A DNA stretch of 64,000 bases, from assembly GCF_009914755.1 (NCBI RefSeq), contig NC_060927.1; one strand, 5' to 3'. The position numbers and the translations under genes are program-made. This document shows positions 45,664-57,500 of the stretch, in pieces (the stretch's first letter is position 1; each line of letters starts with the position of its first letter). This stretch comes from the human T2T-CHM13v2.0 reference genome, Homo sapiens. Under the pieces are notes generated by a model. That model saw only the letters and a list, made by a program, of their open reading frames with translations, ran no database searches and was not told the origin of the DNA.

Positions 45664-47329
45664 TAAATTCTTTAAATGTATTCATTTAATCCTCACAATT
45701 ATCCCATGAAGTAGTGACTATTATTATTCTCTTTTATATTTTAGGAAGTTGAGACACACAGAGTTTAAGGCTTGCCTGTAGTGAGTTCAAGCCCTGTAAC
45801 CAGGATTTGGATCCATGAAGTCTAACTGTGTAAAAACAGAACAGCCCAGGATTGTTACCTAAATAGCTCTAATATCTAGAGGTAGAGATAGCTAAATGTA
45901 GAAAAGGAGAAGAGAGAAAAGGGCTCTGAAGAAGCAGCAGCCAAAGAGGTAAGAGAGAAACAGTTTAAACAAATGTCAGCATACGCCAAAAGAAGAGCAC
46001 ATTCAAGAAAGAGGGAGTGACCAGTGGTATTGAATGGTGTGAGGTCAAGGAAAATGCATACTAAAATTAATTCTATTACTGGTAGCAAACTCAGCTCATG
46101 ACTCATAGTTGTTTTTTTTGTTTGTTTTGTTTGTTTCCTTCAGGATACTTTACTAGAATGACTTACGGTATTATTCTAACTTGATAAATAGAAAAGAAAT
46201 GCTTTTGTAATAGCTTCTACTATAAACATATCTTGACTTAAAATACATGAAATACACAAATCCAGACACTCAAAATATAATTTAGAGAGAATTTTCCTGT
46301 GGCTAACAATAGAATTCCTCACTGAAATGATTCATCCTAGCATTCTTTTATATGGGATTTCTCTTAATACATTTAAAATATGATTTAATTTTCAAATCAG
46401 TAGGACATAAAATTTTAAAGACACATTTGCTGTACACCTGTATGATTTTTACACGTTGTAGTATTTGCTAAGATTAGGAAGACTTTAAATTTTCAGGAAG
46501 AATGAAGCTTAAGAGCGATTAAAGGAAAATGATTAGCTTTTCCTAGCACTCAAAGATTATCTTCTTTAAATTTTCAAATCTTAGTTTCAGTTTTAGTGAA
46601 TAAATTGTTAGCATTTATGTTCTTGGGTTCTCACAGGGAATCTTTACATTCTCAAGAAATTTATGTGTGATAAGGATAATATAGTAAAGAACTTCATTTT
46701 CATCTGCATATATGCAGTTCCTAAAGAATCTTCAAGCACCAAGTGCATCACACATGGTGAAAAATGGATTACAGATATTCCTGTCAAAGGACATATTTGT
46801 AATTATCAATGTAATATTAGCTTATGTTTTAACTTTTATTAAAAAATTATATATACCATATAAAGTGTTTTTTGGCTTGAATTTTTACAACCTTTATGAC
46901 AATATTAGAAAATGGGAGACACTTACTTTCCTATCTACGTGTGTTTGATTTAGATGCAATTATTAGCGTCTGTCTTTAATCCGAGATAAATGAATAGAGG
47001 AAAATGGCAGGATGCTCAACATGAACTGCATGATCTGAGGAAACCTATGAAAAACCAATATACTACTTTTCTTCCCTAGTAACTAGAGTAAAATGGAAAT
47101 AATAGCTATGTTGGAGCTGCCAACTGTAGGACTAGATCAGGGTCATCGCCTGGCACAGTGACTGTTACATACTAGGTTCAGTAGATCACTGTAGAACAGA
47201 CAAAGGAACAAATAAATGAATAACAAATGACGATTGTGTTTGCACCAGTAATGAGAAGAAGGAGGAAGTGTGTTAAATAACAGCCAATTTGTACTGCATG
47301 GCTATCATGTGTTTAGCACAGCAGATAAT

Positions 47330-47560
47330 TATAAAAGCTGAGATTTACTAATGCTTACCATGTGCTCTACTACCTACCAAACCATTACTAATTGAAGCCT
47401 CGATAGGTAGCATTATTATCATTATCCCTCATCATTTCATCTTACAAATGAGTACTCTGAAGCAAAAGAGGTTAAGCAACTTTCCCTAAATCACAAAGCT
47501 GGTAAATGATAGTTTTGGGCTTTGAGCAGCTTATGTTCAAAGCCTGCTCTTTTAACTACC
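47330..47560 (-). mobile_element. MIR
   Basis: catcttacaaatgag...gaggttaagcaactttccctaaatcacaaagctggtaaatg. Confidence 0.75.
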
Positions 47561-47805
47561 AGACCACAGTATACATTCCATATAGTTAAAAACTATATGT
47601 TGTATTTGCTGAAATCCTTGCAGTTCCACCACAAATCCTACCAACAGCCTTATTTGCCACTTTAGGAAGATATTTGTCTTCCAGAATCACTGACTTTCAG
47701 AGCTAGGTAGCAGCCCAGAGATCAGTATAAAGTAGTGGCCAAGTACATGGGCTTTGGCGTCAGGCCAGATGCAAACCTGGCCTTACCCTGTACCAAAAAT
47801 TTCTT

Positions 47806-50173
47806 TTTGTTTTTGTTATTTGTTTTAAGCCCACTACGTTTTGTTGTAATTGGTGACTCACCGTTAGATAACTAACACAATTACCCATAAATCGGCTGGC
47901 TTTCAGGAAAACATGTCTTGAAGCACAGTTGAACTTGAATCTTTTCTGGGTCCTCCTGCTGGGCCATGCTGGGGAGCCGCTCCCGCTGCCTCAAGGCCTC
48001 TAGGCCATCCAGGTTGGGCTGGTGGCAGCGGCTGCGCATGACCATAACCCGCTGGCCCTGGGTGATGGCATGGCTGTGGCAGCCCAGCCGAGCCTGATCC
48101 CGGCACATCCAGTACACCTTCTCCCCGGCCGCCTTCTCCTTCCTGTAGAGGAAGGACTCGGGCACCAGGAACCTGCCCCCCAGGAAAGTCTTCAGAACTC
48201 CAGGGGCCGGAGGGGTTCTGGGCAGTCCCACTGCGCCAAGATGGAGAAGTGCTCCCGCTGCCGCAGTGCCTCCAGGCCACCCACGTCCGGTGGGCGGCAG
48301 TGCCTGCGCATCACCATGGCCCGCCGGCCCTGGGTGATGGCGAGGCTGCGGCAGCCCATGCGGACCTGGTCCCGGGAGGTCCAATACACCTGCTTATAGA
48401 GGAAGGACTCGTATACCAGGAAGCTGCCCTCCAGCGGGGTCCGCAGGAACTCAGGGCTTCCGGGGTCGGCATCCATGTCCTGGTCCTCGTCCAGGAATCC
48501 TTCCAGGGCTTGGGGATGGGTTGGCAGCTCCTGGTCTTCGACCTTCGCTCGCTTTCTGGGCCGGGGCCTGGTGAGAGTCAGGGGGCCGGGGCCCCTGAGG
48601 CAGAGAAAACTGTTCACGCCTTGGAGGAGAGTGTCCACTTGGCTCCCAGGGCCGGCCTGCACAGCCTGCAGCGTCTCCATGGCCTTCTCCTGCTGCCGCC
48701 GGGCCTCCAGGCCCTCCACGTCGGGCGGGTAGCAGTGGCCACGCATCACGGTCACCTGCTGTCCCTGGGTGATGGCCCGGCTCCGGCAGCTGTGCAGCGC
48801 GTGGTCCCGGCAGGTCCAATACGCCTTCTCCCCCACGGCCTTCTCCCGCTTGTAGAGGAACGACTCGTGCACCAGGAAGCTATCCCCGTAGCACGTCCTC
48901 AGGAACTCAAGGGGCCGGGCCTGTCCCAGGCCCAGGATCGAGCACTTCTTGGGCGTCAGGCTCAGCAGCTACAGGATTCGGGGTCCGTCGTCGTCCTCCG
49001 GGCCAGCTTGCTCAGCACTAGCCCAGGGGTGGGCTCTGGCTCCGGCTCCTTGGGGCACTGCCACAGGCCCCCCCTCTCCAGCGGCTCCTCCACTCGGCTT
49101 CCAGAGCCCTCAGGACCCCGGGGATGTCCCAAGACCTCTGGCAGGGCCAGGCTGGGCAGCTTCTCCCTCTGGCGCCAGGGCTCCAGGCCTTGCTCATCGG
49201 GCGCTTGGCAGCAGCCCCGCATCACTGTGGCCCGCAGACCTCGGGTGATGGCCTGGCCCCGGCAGCCCAGCTCAGCATGCTGGCGGCACTTCCAGTACAC
49301 CTTGTCCCCGACAGCCTTCTCCTGCTTGTACAGGAAGGACTCAAGCATCAGGAGGCGGCCCCCAAATGGTGTCCTCAGGAACTCCAGGGAATGGCGGGGC
49401 TGTGTCCAGCTTGCTGCTCTTCTGTTCAGGCATCTGGGGGGCTGGCTGGACCACCCCTCCCTGCTCCTCAGCTGGCAGGATATGCAAGGTGCTGGCGAGG
49501 GTGGCGGGGCCGGCCATCTCCAGGGACAAGACACAGTGCACTTCCTGGGGCTTGAAGCCCACCCCAACCTCATCTTGGTTGGAGGCCGTGAGCAGGACCA
49601 GTTTGGAGAACTTCCCGGGCTTCCTGAGGCTGCCAGGATGACGTCCGTGCTTGGCTCGGGGGACGGCTCCTGCCCAGCCTTCCCACTCTCGCCCTCCGGC
49701 TCACTGGGCTTGGGCAGGGGCATTCCGGGACCCAGGGCCTGTCCCTCAGGTCATGCTCAGCGCCCCCGCAAGGAACCTGGAGTCCAGCGGTTCCGCTCAT
49801 GTGCCCGAGCTGTTGCTGTTACTGCCTCGGCTGGTCGTGGTGGGGCTGCGGTGGTGTCTGGAGAATCCCTAGGTCACCACAGGTTCCCTGGGTTCCAGCC
49901 TTCACAAGTGAGTGAGAGCCGCCACCATCATCCCCCATACCTGGTCACGGCGCTGGCTTGCTGGGCAGGAGACCCAGGGGAAAATTCTGTAACTTCTCTG
50001 GGCTGGTTTCACCACCGCAGCGGAGCCCTCCCTCTCGGGCGACAGAGCTGCGACGGGTCCCTCAGCCTCTGCTGCTGCAGCAGCAGGCGTCAACCTCAAG
50101 GCCCAGGCCACCGCCACCCCGAGCCCGGCTCCTACTCCCCATCCCTGACCTGTCCCTGGGGAGCGAGCCCCAT
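47806..50173 (-). pseudogene. FLYWCH1P1: Processed pseudogene of FLYWCH1 (FLYWCH-type zinc finger 1)
   Basis: The minus-strand ORF pieces MPLPKPSEPEGESGKAGQEPSP (ATG 49723), KPQEVHCVLSLEMAGPATLASTL, four EFLRT..GG.FLV.ESFLY..EKA.G.KVYW.CR repeats and EKIQVQLCFKTCFPESQPIYG match FLYWCH1 without introns. There are at least 4 frameshifts, about 450 bp of 5'UTR, and a perfect 13-bp TSD ccaaaaatttctt (47793-47805, 50174-50186). Confidence 0.93.
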
Positions 50174-50511
50174 CCAAAAATTTCTTAAAGGTCTGTTTAT
50201 TATTATTTTACTTTGGAAAATGAGGCAAATATAGTGACAAGAAAGCAACTATGTACTGCTTACCAGGTATTGACTATATTAGTTCAAGTTCCCACCTACT
50301 GCTATTAAATTTTGTCTCAGTTAGCAAGACAAGAAAATCTAGTCATTAAGAAGCGGGTCCCTGCTTTTAATGAGTGGGCCTCAGTGTTAATAGTTTCTTA
50401 CTTTTGGTGTTTTAACTTCATGGGAAATGGAGCAGTAAGAAGCTGGCCCATTTTTCTGAAAACAGAAGGGGAAATTCAAGACTGTAACAATATTGAACCC
50501 TAGTCAGCTTC

Positions 50512-50738
<227 letters not shown>

Positions 50739-50744
50739 CTTACT

Positions 50745-52040
50745 CCAGAAATTTTCAAAATGCAATTCACATACTCCTGAGATCTCCAAGACCATTTCAA
50801 GAAGTCTGCAAGGCCAAAGCTGTTTTTATGATAGTTTTTAAAACTAAGATGTGATTTTTCTTCATTATGCTGATAATTGCCAGTGTTGCTAAGGCAATGG
50901 TAGGTAAAACTGTAGGTTCCTTAGAAAGAATCAAGGTGTGATACCAAACTACACTGGCAGTTATCACATTCTTCACCATCACGCACTCACAATAAAAATA
51001 AAATGTCAGTTTCACTTAATCATATCCTTTATAAAGCAATAAAAATGATTAACTTTATTAAATCTAGACCTTTGAGTATACATCTTATTAATATTCCGTA
51101 TTACAAAATGGGAAGTGCATATGAAGCATTTCTACCACACATTGAAATATGATAGTTGTCTCTAGGAAAAGAAACTCATGCAACTGAGTTACAAATGCAA
51201 CCAGCATACATTTTCATAAAACATCATTTTTACTTGAAAAAAAAGACTGACAAATGATGAATTTTCAGATTATTTGGCAGACTTTAATTTTAATGGACAA
51301 AGTAAGCCTGTCGTTTCAAGAAAAACAACAGATGGTATTTATTGCCTATGATCAAAATGTGAGCTTTCAAGAGAAAATTAAAATTTTAGAAATCTTGAAT
51401 CTACTGCTATGAACTTGATAGTTTTTCAACACTTACAAGCTTTTCTGATGAGATTAGTGGTGATATTAACAAAATAATTGCTGATATTGTATAAGGAAAT
51501 GGGTCAAGATTCAGAAAATCTGAGTAAGTCAGTGAACTAATATTTTTATCATTGAATGATGTTACAAAATCATGCATGAGTAAAAAACCCATTCTAAGTT
51601 CAAAACAAATAAGAGGATTTTAAACACAACCACATACCTAAAATTTATTTATATAGTTTAAGGTTCTACAGTACGATTAACCTTTAAGAAACTAGCTATT
51701 GGGTGGGCGTGGTGGCTCTCGCCTATAATCCCAGCACTTTGGGAGGCCAGGGCAGGCAGATCATGCGGTCAGGAGTTCGAGACCAGCCTGGCCAACATGG
51801 TGAAACCCTGTCTCTACTAAAAATACAAAAATTAGCCAGGCGTGGTGGCGGGTGCCTGTAATCCCAGCTACTCAGTAGGCTGAGGCAGGAGAATTGCTTG
51901 AACCCAGGAGGCAGAGGTTTCACTGAGCCAAGATCGCTCCATTGCATTCCAGGCTGGACGACAGAACGAGACAGGACAGGACAGGACAGGAAAGGAACCG
52001 AACCTCTTACAGAGGTTTGATATAGTGTTAAAAATGAGAA
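50745..52040 (+). mobile_element. Charlie1a-type hAT DNA transposon fragment
   Basis: Degenerate transposase (aactttattaaatctagacctttgagt...gaaatatgatagttgtctctaggaaaa, the E.RWLSRGK region) and a Charlie1 5' subterminal sequence. Confidence 0.78.
51701..51995 (+). mobile_element. AluSg-like with (GGACA)n end
   Basis: Full Alu body; the normal ctccgtctc-polyA end is replaced by caggacaggacaggacaggaaagg. Confidence 0.88.
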
Positions 52041-52410
52041 AACAGTAACAGACAGAACAAGTGAATAGCCCACTATCAGAAATAAATTGCTGAGGATCTG
52101 AGATGAGAAACTTGGCTCTTAAATCCCTACCTCCCAGGAAAAGTTTCTACTAATATCACAACTGTATTATTAGTATTTAGGCTTTTTAAGATTCTGAAGA
52201 ACATAGCCCCAACTTGATCCCCAATCATCAGAACTTAAAATTTAGAAAGAATTGGTCTACAAAATAGTTTCCAACTTTTTAATGCTAAAACACTTTGAGG
52301 ATGTCTACATGGAGTGTTTATATTGTAAGCATCCATTGACAAAATACTGTAAGAAATTATATTTAGTCTTTGGCAACATGTGATGTACATTTTGATTCAG
52401 GTTATCCTTT

Positions 52411-52687
52411 CTTTTTTTGTTTGAGATGGAGTCACTCTGTCACCCAGGCTGGAGTACAGTGGCGCGATCTCGGCTCACTGCAACCTCCGCCTCCATTCTC
52501 CTGCATCAGCCTCCCCTAGTAGCTGGGATTACAGGCGCCCGCCACAACACCTGGCTCATTTTTATATTTTTAGTAGAGACGGGATTTCACCACGTTGGCC
52601 AGGCTGGTCAAGAACTCCTGACCTAAAAGATCTGCCTGTCTTGGCCTCCCAAAGTGCTGGGATTAGAGTGAGCCACCATGCCCGGCC
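52411..52687 (-). mobile_element. AluSx
   Basis: Reverse dimer with a small deletion. TSD gttatccttt. Confidence 0.88.
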
Positions 52688-53149
52688 CAAGTTATCCTTT
52701 TTAAGCATCCAAATCCCACGAATTGGAATTCAAAGGTCGCAATCTAAATCTTTGAAAATGCTAATAACAGAGGTAACCCTCAGATTCAGACTAACACAGA
52801 AGGCAAAATTTGTCCCATCAGCTATGGAGAAATCTGAATTTATTTGTATTTTTATTGTAAATGTATGCGAAGAAGAGCCAATTTTCTCAAGATAAATCTG
52901 GTGCGTTTTCAACATTCTAGTAGCTTGGGACTGTGGGAGAAATACAACCGTCTAGTCTCCTTTGTGAAGGTATTACTACTCCAGTTTTAACCAGTGATCC
53001 AGATATATCTCATTCCTACCCAAAGATAAAATAGCACCATATTATTCCATTGCCAAACCAAACCTGGAATTGAAGCAGGCAGGAGATGCAAAGTAAAAAT
53101 GGCCGCATGCAAATATAAGGTATTCTGTGTCTAGCCTCATTCTGCCTAA

Positions 53150-53300
53150 GACTTAGAATCAGAGAATTTCAGAATCAGCAGAAGTCTTACACATAATTTA
53201 GCCAATTATCCCTTTTCAAAGATGAGGAAACTGTGGCCCAGAAAAATTAAGTGGCTTGCTCAAGTTTTTACAGTAAATTAATGCCAGAGATAAGACGACA
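53150..53300 (-). mobile_element. MIR/MIR3
   Basis: tttcaaagatgaggaaactgtggcccagaaaaattaagtggcttgctcaag. Confidence 0.7.
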
Positions 53301-54572
53301 ACATGGGCTTTTGTCTGTACCACAACTTGATCATCTAATTGCTTTTTTTTTTCTTGATTGTCAGTTTTCTATCTCTAAACCTACATTGAGGTTTTCCTAA
53401 CCACAACAAAAAGGAAACAGCATGCTAAAGAATTGGTTAAATCGAATCAAGGAATTCTATTTACTTTCAAAAAATAAAAGAAACTCTTGTTAAATGCTAA
53501 GAAGTTTATAATAGTATAGTCAGTTGACACAGGTTCTCAGGTTTCAATTACGGAAAAACATATTGCCCAAGTCTGCAAATGCTATCCTAATTTATCAGAT
53601 TACTTACTTAGAAAGCGTGCTTTTGATCTGCTCTTCCAAAGAAGAACAAATGTACAGACTTCAATACTTAATAAAGTTGAAAGCTTCTCCCTGGGGTAAC
53701 TGAAATTTTTATCAAAGGGGCGATAGACCTGGTTGCAGCTGTAACAAAGAAGTACCATATAAAGCCAAGTGGAAAGCAGTTAGATATCATTGGTGGTAAA
53801 GGGCCATTGAACATGGTCATATTAATTGGAATCTATTGCGCAGGACATTCCACTACATGCTGAGCAAATGACCCTGAAAGTTTTGAGTCTCTCTGGTGTA
53901 TAAAAAAGTTCAGACGTAAAAATAATCATACAGATGGTGGATTCTCTATCCTTGAATGGACATAGCTACCCTGAGATCTGGGTGGCTGGAAATTTCTTTT
54001 TTAAATAATGCCCTTTGAGTGAGTCCCCATATATGCATCTTCTTTTACAACCATTTGAAAACTTGTCTTCTAATAATTTCACACAGCGCTTTCAGTGTAG
54101 CAACATTCAAAAGAATGAAACTAATGAAACACAGCAACTTCTACATTTTCACTTTTGTGCTTTGGGAAAATTCTGATTAAAAGATATAAGACAGTTCGAA
54201 TTGGAATTTCATCATTGCCCCCAAAATGAATAACTTCTAATCGAATAGAAAAATTAGAGAAATTGAAAGCCAAGGTAATATGGAACACGTTTCAGATACA
54301 TCAGGATGCAAACCTTAGGCACCTACAATTTAAATTATTTTATCCTCAGATGCTATATTGTTCTGGATTTCAGGTTATATGTAAAGAGTAATCACTATAT
54401 TTGCCTTTTAGGCAGATGCTGTTCCAGACCTTCATCACAGCCACTTTATCTTATTCGTTACACTAAATATTAAAATAAACCCCCAGAAGATATCATAATA
54501 TCAATAAATAATAATCTTAAAGTGCTAGAAACATTGTCGGGATATGTCAACTGATAAGAATAATCCATTTTT

Positions 54573-57500
54573 GACATAGCTACACAATAATACTGGAAGA
54601 CTTCAATACCCCATTGACGGTATTACATTATCAAGGCAGAAAACTAACAAAAAAATTCTGGACTTAAATTTGGCCCTTGGCCAATTGGTTCTAATAGACA
54701 TCTACAGAATACTCCACCTAATAACCACAGGATATGTATCTTCTCATCTGCACATGGTACATACTCTAAAATCTATCACATTCTCAGCCATTAGGCAAGT
54801 CTCAACAAATTCAAAAAAATTGAAATCATACCAAGCATATTCTCAGACCTCAGTGGAATGGAAATAGAAATCAACACCAAGAGGAACTCTCAAAACCACA
54901 CAGTGACATGGAAACTAAATAACTTGCTCCTGAATGGCTTTTGGGTAGACAGTAAAATTAATGCAGAAATCAAAACATTATTTGAAACAAATGATAATGG
55001 AGACACAGCATGACAAAATCTCTGGGATGCAACAAAGCAGTGTTAAGAGGGAAGTTTATTGTACTAAATACTTACATCAAGAGGTTAGAAAGATCTCAGA
55101 TTAACACTCTACCACTTAAAGGGACTAGAAAAACAAGAACAAACTAATTCCAAAGTAAGCAGAAGAAAAGAAATAATTAAAATCCGAGTAGAACTAAACA
55201 GAATTGAGACCCAAAAAACACAGAAAGAATCAATGAAACAAAAAGTGGGTTCTTTGATAAGATAAACAAGACCAATCGACTGCAAACTAGATTAACAAAG
55301 AAAAAAAGTGAGAAGATTCAAATAAACACAATCAGAAATGATAAAGGTGGCATTATAACCGATTCAAAAGAAATACAAAAGATCCTCAGAGACTACTATA
55401 AACACATCTATGCATACAAATTAGAAAATCTAGAGGAAATGGATAAATTCCTGGAAACACATAACTTCCCAAGATTGACAGGAAGAAATTGAAACCCTGA
55501 ACAGTCCAATAACAAGTTCCAAAATTGAATCAGTAATTTGAAAAAAAAAAAATCCACAAACCAAAAAAAGCTGTGGACCAGATGGATTCACAGCTGAATT
55601 CTAGCAGACGTAAAAAGAGCTAGTACCAATCCTACTGAAACTATTTCAAAAAACTGAGGAGAAGGAACTCTTCCCTAACTCATTTTACAAAACGAGTATC
55701 ATCCTAATACCAAAATCTGGCAAGGACACAAGGAAAAAAGAAAACCAAAGGCCAATTAAACCTGATGAACATAGATGCAAAAATCCTCAATAAAATACTA
55801 GCAAACCAAATCTGGCAGTGCATTGAAGAGTTAATTCATCAAGATCAAGTGGGCTTTATTCTTGGGATGTAAGGTTGGTTCACAATACACAAATCAACAA
55901 ACGTGATTCACCACATAAACAAAATTAAAACAAACTCATATGATCGTCTCAATAGACGCAGAAATATTTCAATAAAATCCAATCCTTTCATGAGTAAAAA
56001 AAAAACAAACCTCAGGAAACTAAATATCATGGGATAATACCTCAAAATAATAAAGGCGTCTGTGACAAATCTATAGCCAACATCATACTGAATGGGCAAA
56101 AGCTGGAAGCATTCCCCTTGAAAACTGGAATAAAACAAGGATTCCCACTTTCACCGCTCCTACTCAACATAGTACTGGAAGTCATAGCCAGAGCAATCAA
56201 GCAAGAGAAAGAAAGAAAAAAAAGGTATTAAAATAGGAAAAGAGGAAATCAAATTATCTCTCTTCACTGACAATATAATTCTATACCTAGAAAAATCCTA
56301 AAGACTCCACCGAAAGACTCCTAGACCTGATTAACAACTTCAGTAAAGTTTCAGGATATTAAAATCAACATTCAAACCCCAGTAGCACTTCTATACGCCA
56401 ATAACATTCAAGCTGAGGACCAAATCAAGAATGTAATCCCACTTATTGTAGCCACACAAAAAAACCTAGGAATACACCTAACCTTGGAGATGAAAGATCT
56501 CTACATGGAGAACTACAAAATACTGATGAAATAAATCATAGATGACACAAATAGAAAAATATTCCATATTCGTGGATTGGAAGAATCAACATTGTTAAAA
56601 TGCCCATAGTGTTAAAAGCAATCTACAAATTCAACACTATTCCTATCAAATGATCAACATCAGTTTTCACAGAATTCTGAAAAACTATTCTAAAATTCAT
56701 ATGAAACCAAATAAAAGAGGCCAAATAACCAAAGCAATACTAAGCAAAAAGAACAAAACCGGAGGCATCACATTACCTGACTTCATACTACAGTTTGAAG
56801 ATGATAGTAACCAAAAACAACATAGTACTAGTACAAAAATAGACACATAGACCAATGGAACAGAATAGAAACCCCAGAAATAAAACCACATGCCTGCAAC
56901 CAACTGATCTTTGACAAAGTTGACAATAACAAGCAATGGGGAAAAGACTCCCTATTCAATAAATGGTACTGAAAAATCTGGTTAACCATATGCAGAAGAA
57001 TAAAACTGGACTCCTTTCTTTTACCATATACAAAAAGATAAAAAATTTAAATGTAAGACTGAAACCTTAAAAATCTTAGCAGAAAACCTAAAAATATCCT
57101 TCTGGGCATCGGCCTTGGCAAATAATTTATGACTAAGTCCTCAAAAGCAATTGCAACAAAAACAAAAATTGGCAAATGGAGCCTAATTAAACTAAAGAAC
57201 TTCTGCACAGTAAAGGAAATTATCAACAGAGTAAACATACAACCTAGAGAATGGGAGAAAATATTGGCAAACTCTGCATCCAATAAAGGACTAATATCCA
57301 GACTCTATAAAAAACTTAAATCAACAAGCAAAAAACAAACAACCACATTAAAAAGTGGACAAAGAACATGGACGGGCACTTCTCGAAGACATGCAAGCAG
57401 CCAACAAACATATGAAAAAATGCCCAACATCACTAATAATCAAAGAAAGACAAATCAAAACCACAATGAGATACCATCTCACACCAATTAGAATGGCTAT

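Noticed and set aside
46098-46106. Perfect AP-1 site atgactcat (also ggtgactcacc near 47850)
   Set aside because: A 7-bp motif is expected several times by chance in 64 kb, and there is no supporting cluster.
48962-49723. 253-aa ORF from the native FLYWCH1 ATG as a functional retrogene
   Set aside because: It is open only because two frameshifts compensate. About 75 residues are out of frame, and the single finger lacks both His ligands.
53400-54500. Unique-looking stretch that might be a conserved element or exon
   Set aside because: I identified no ORF, repeat or RNA motif. Conservation data would be needed to say anything.
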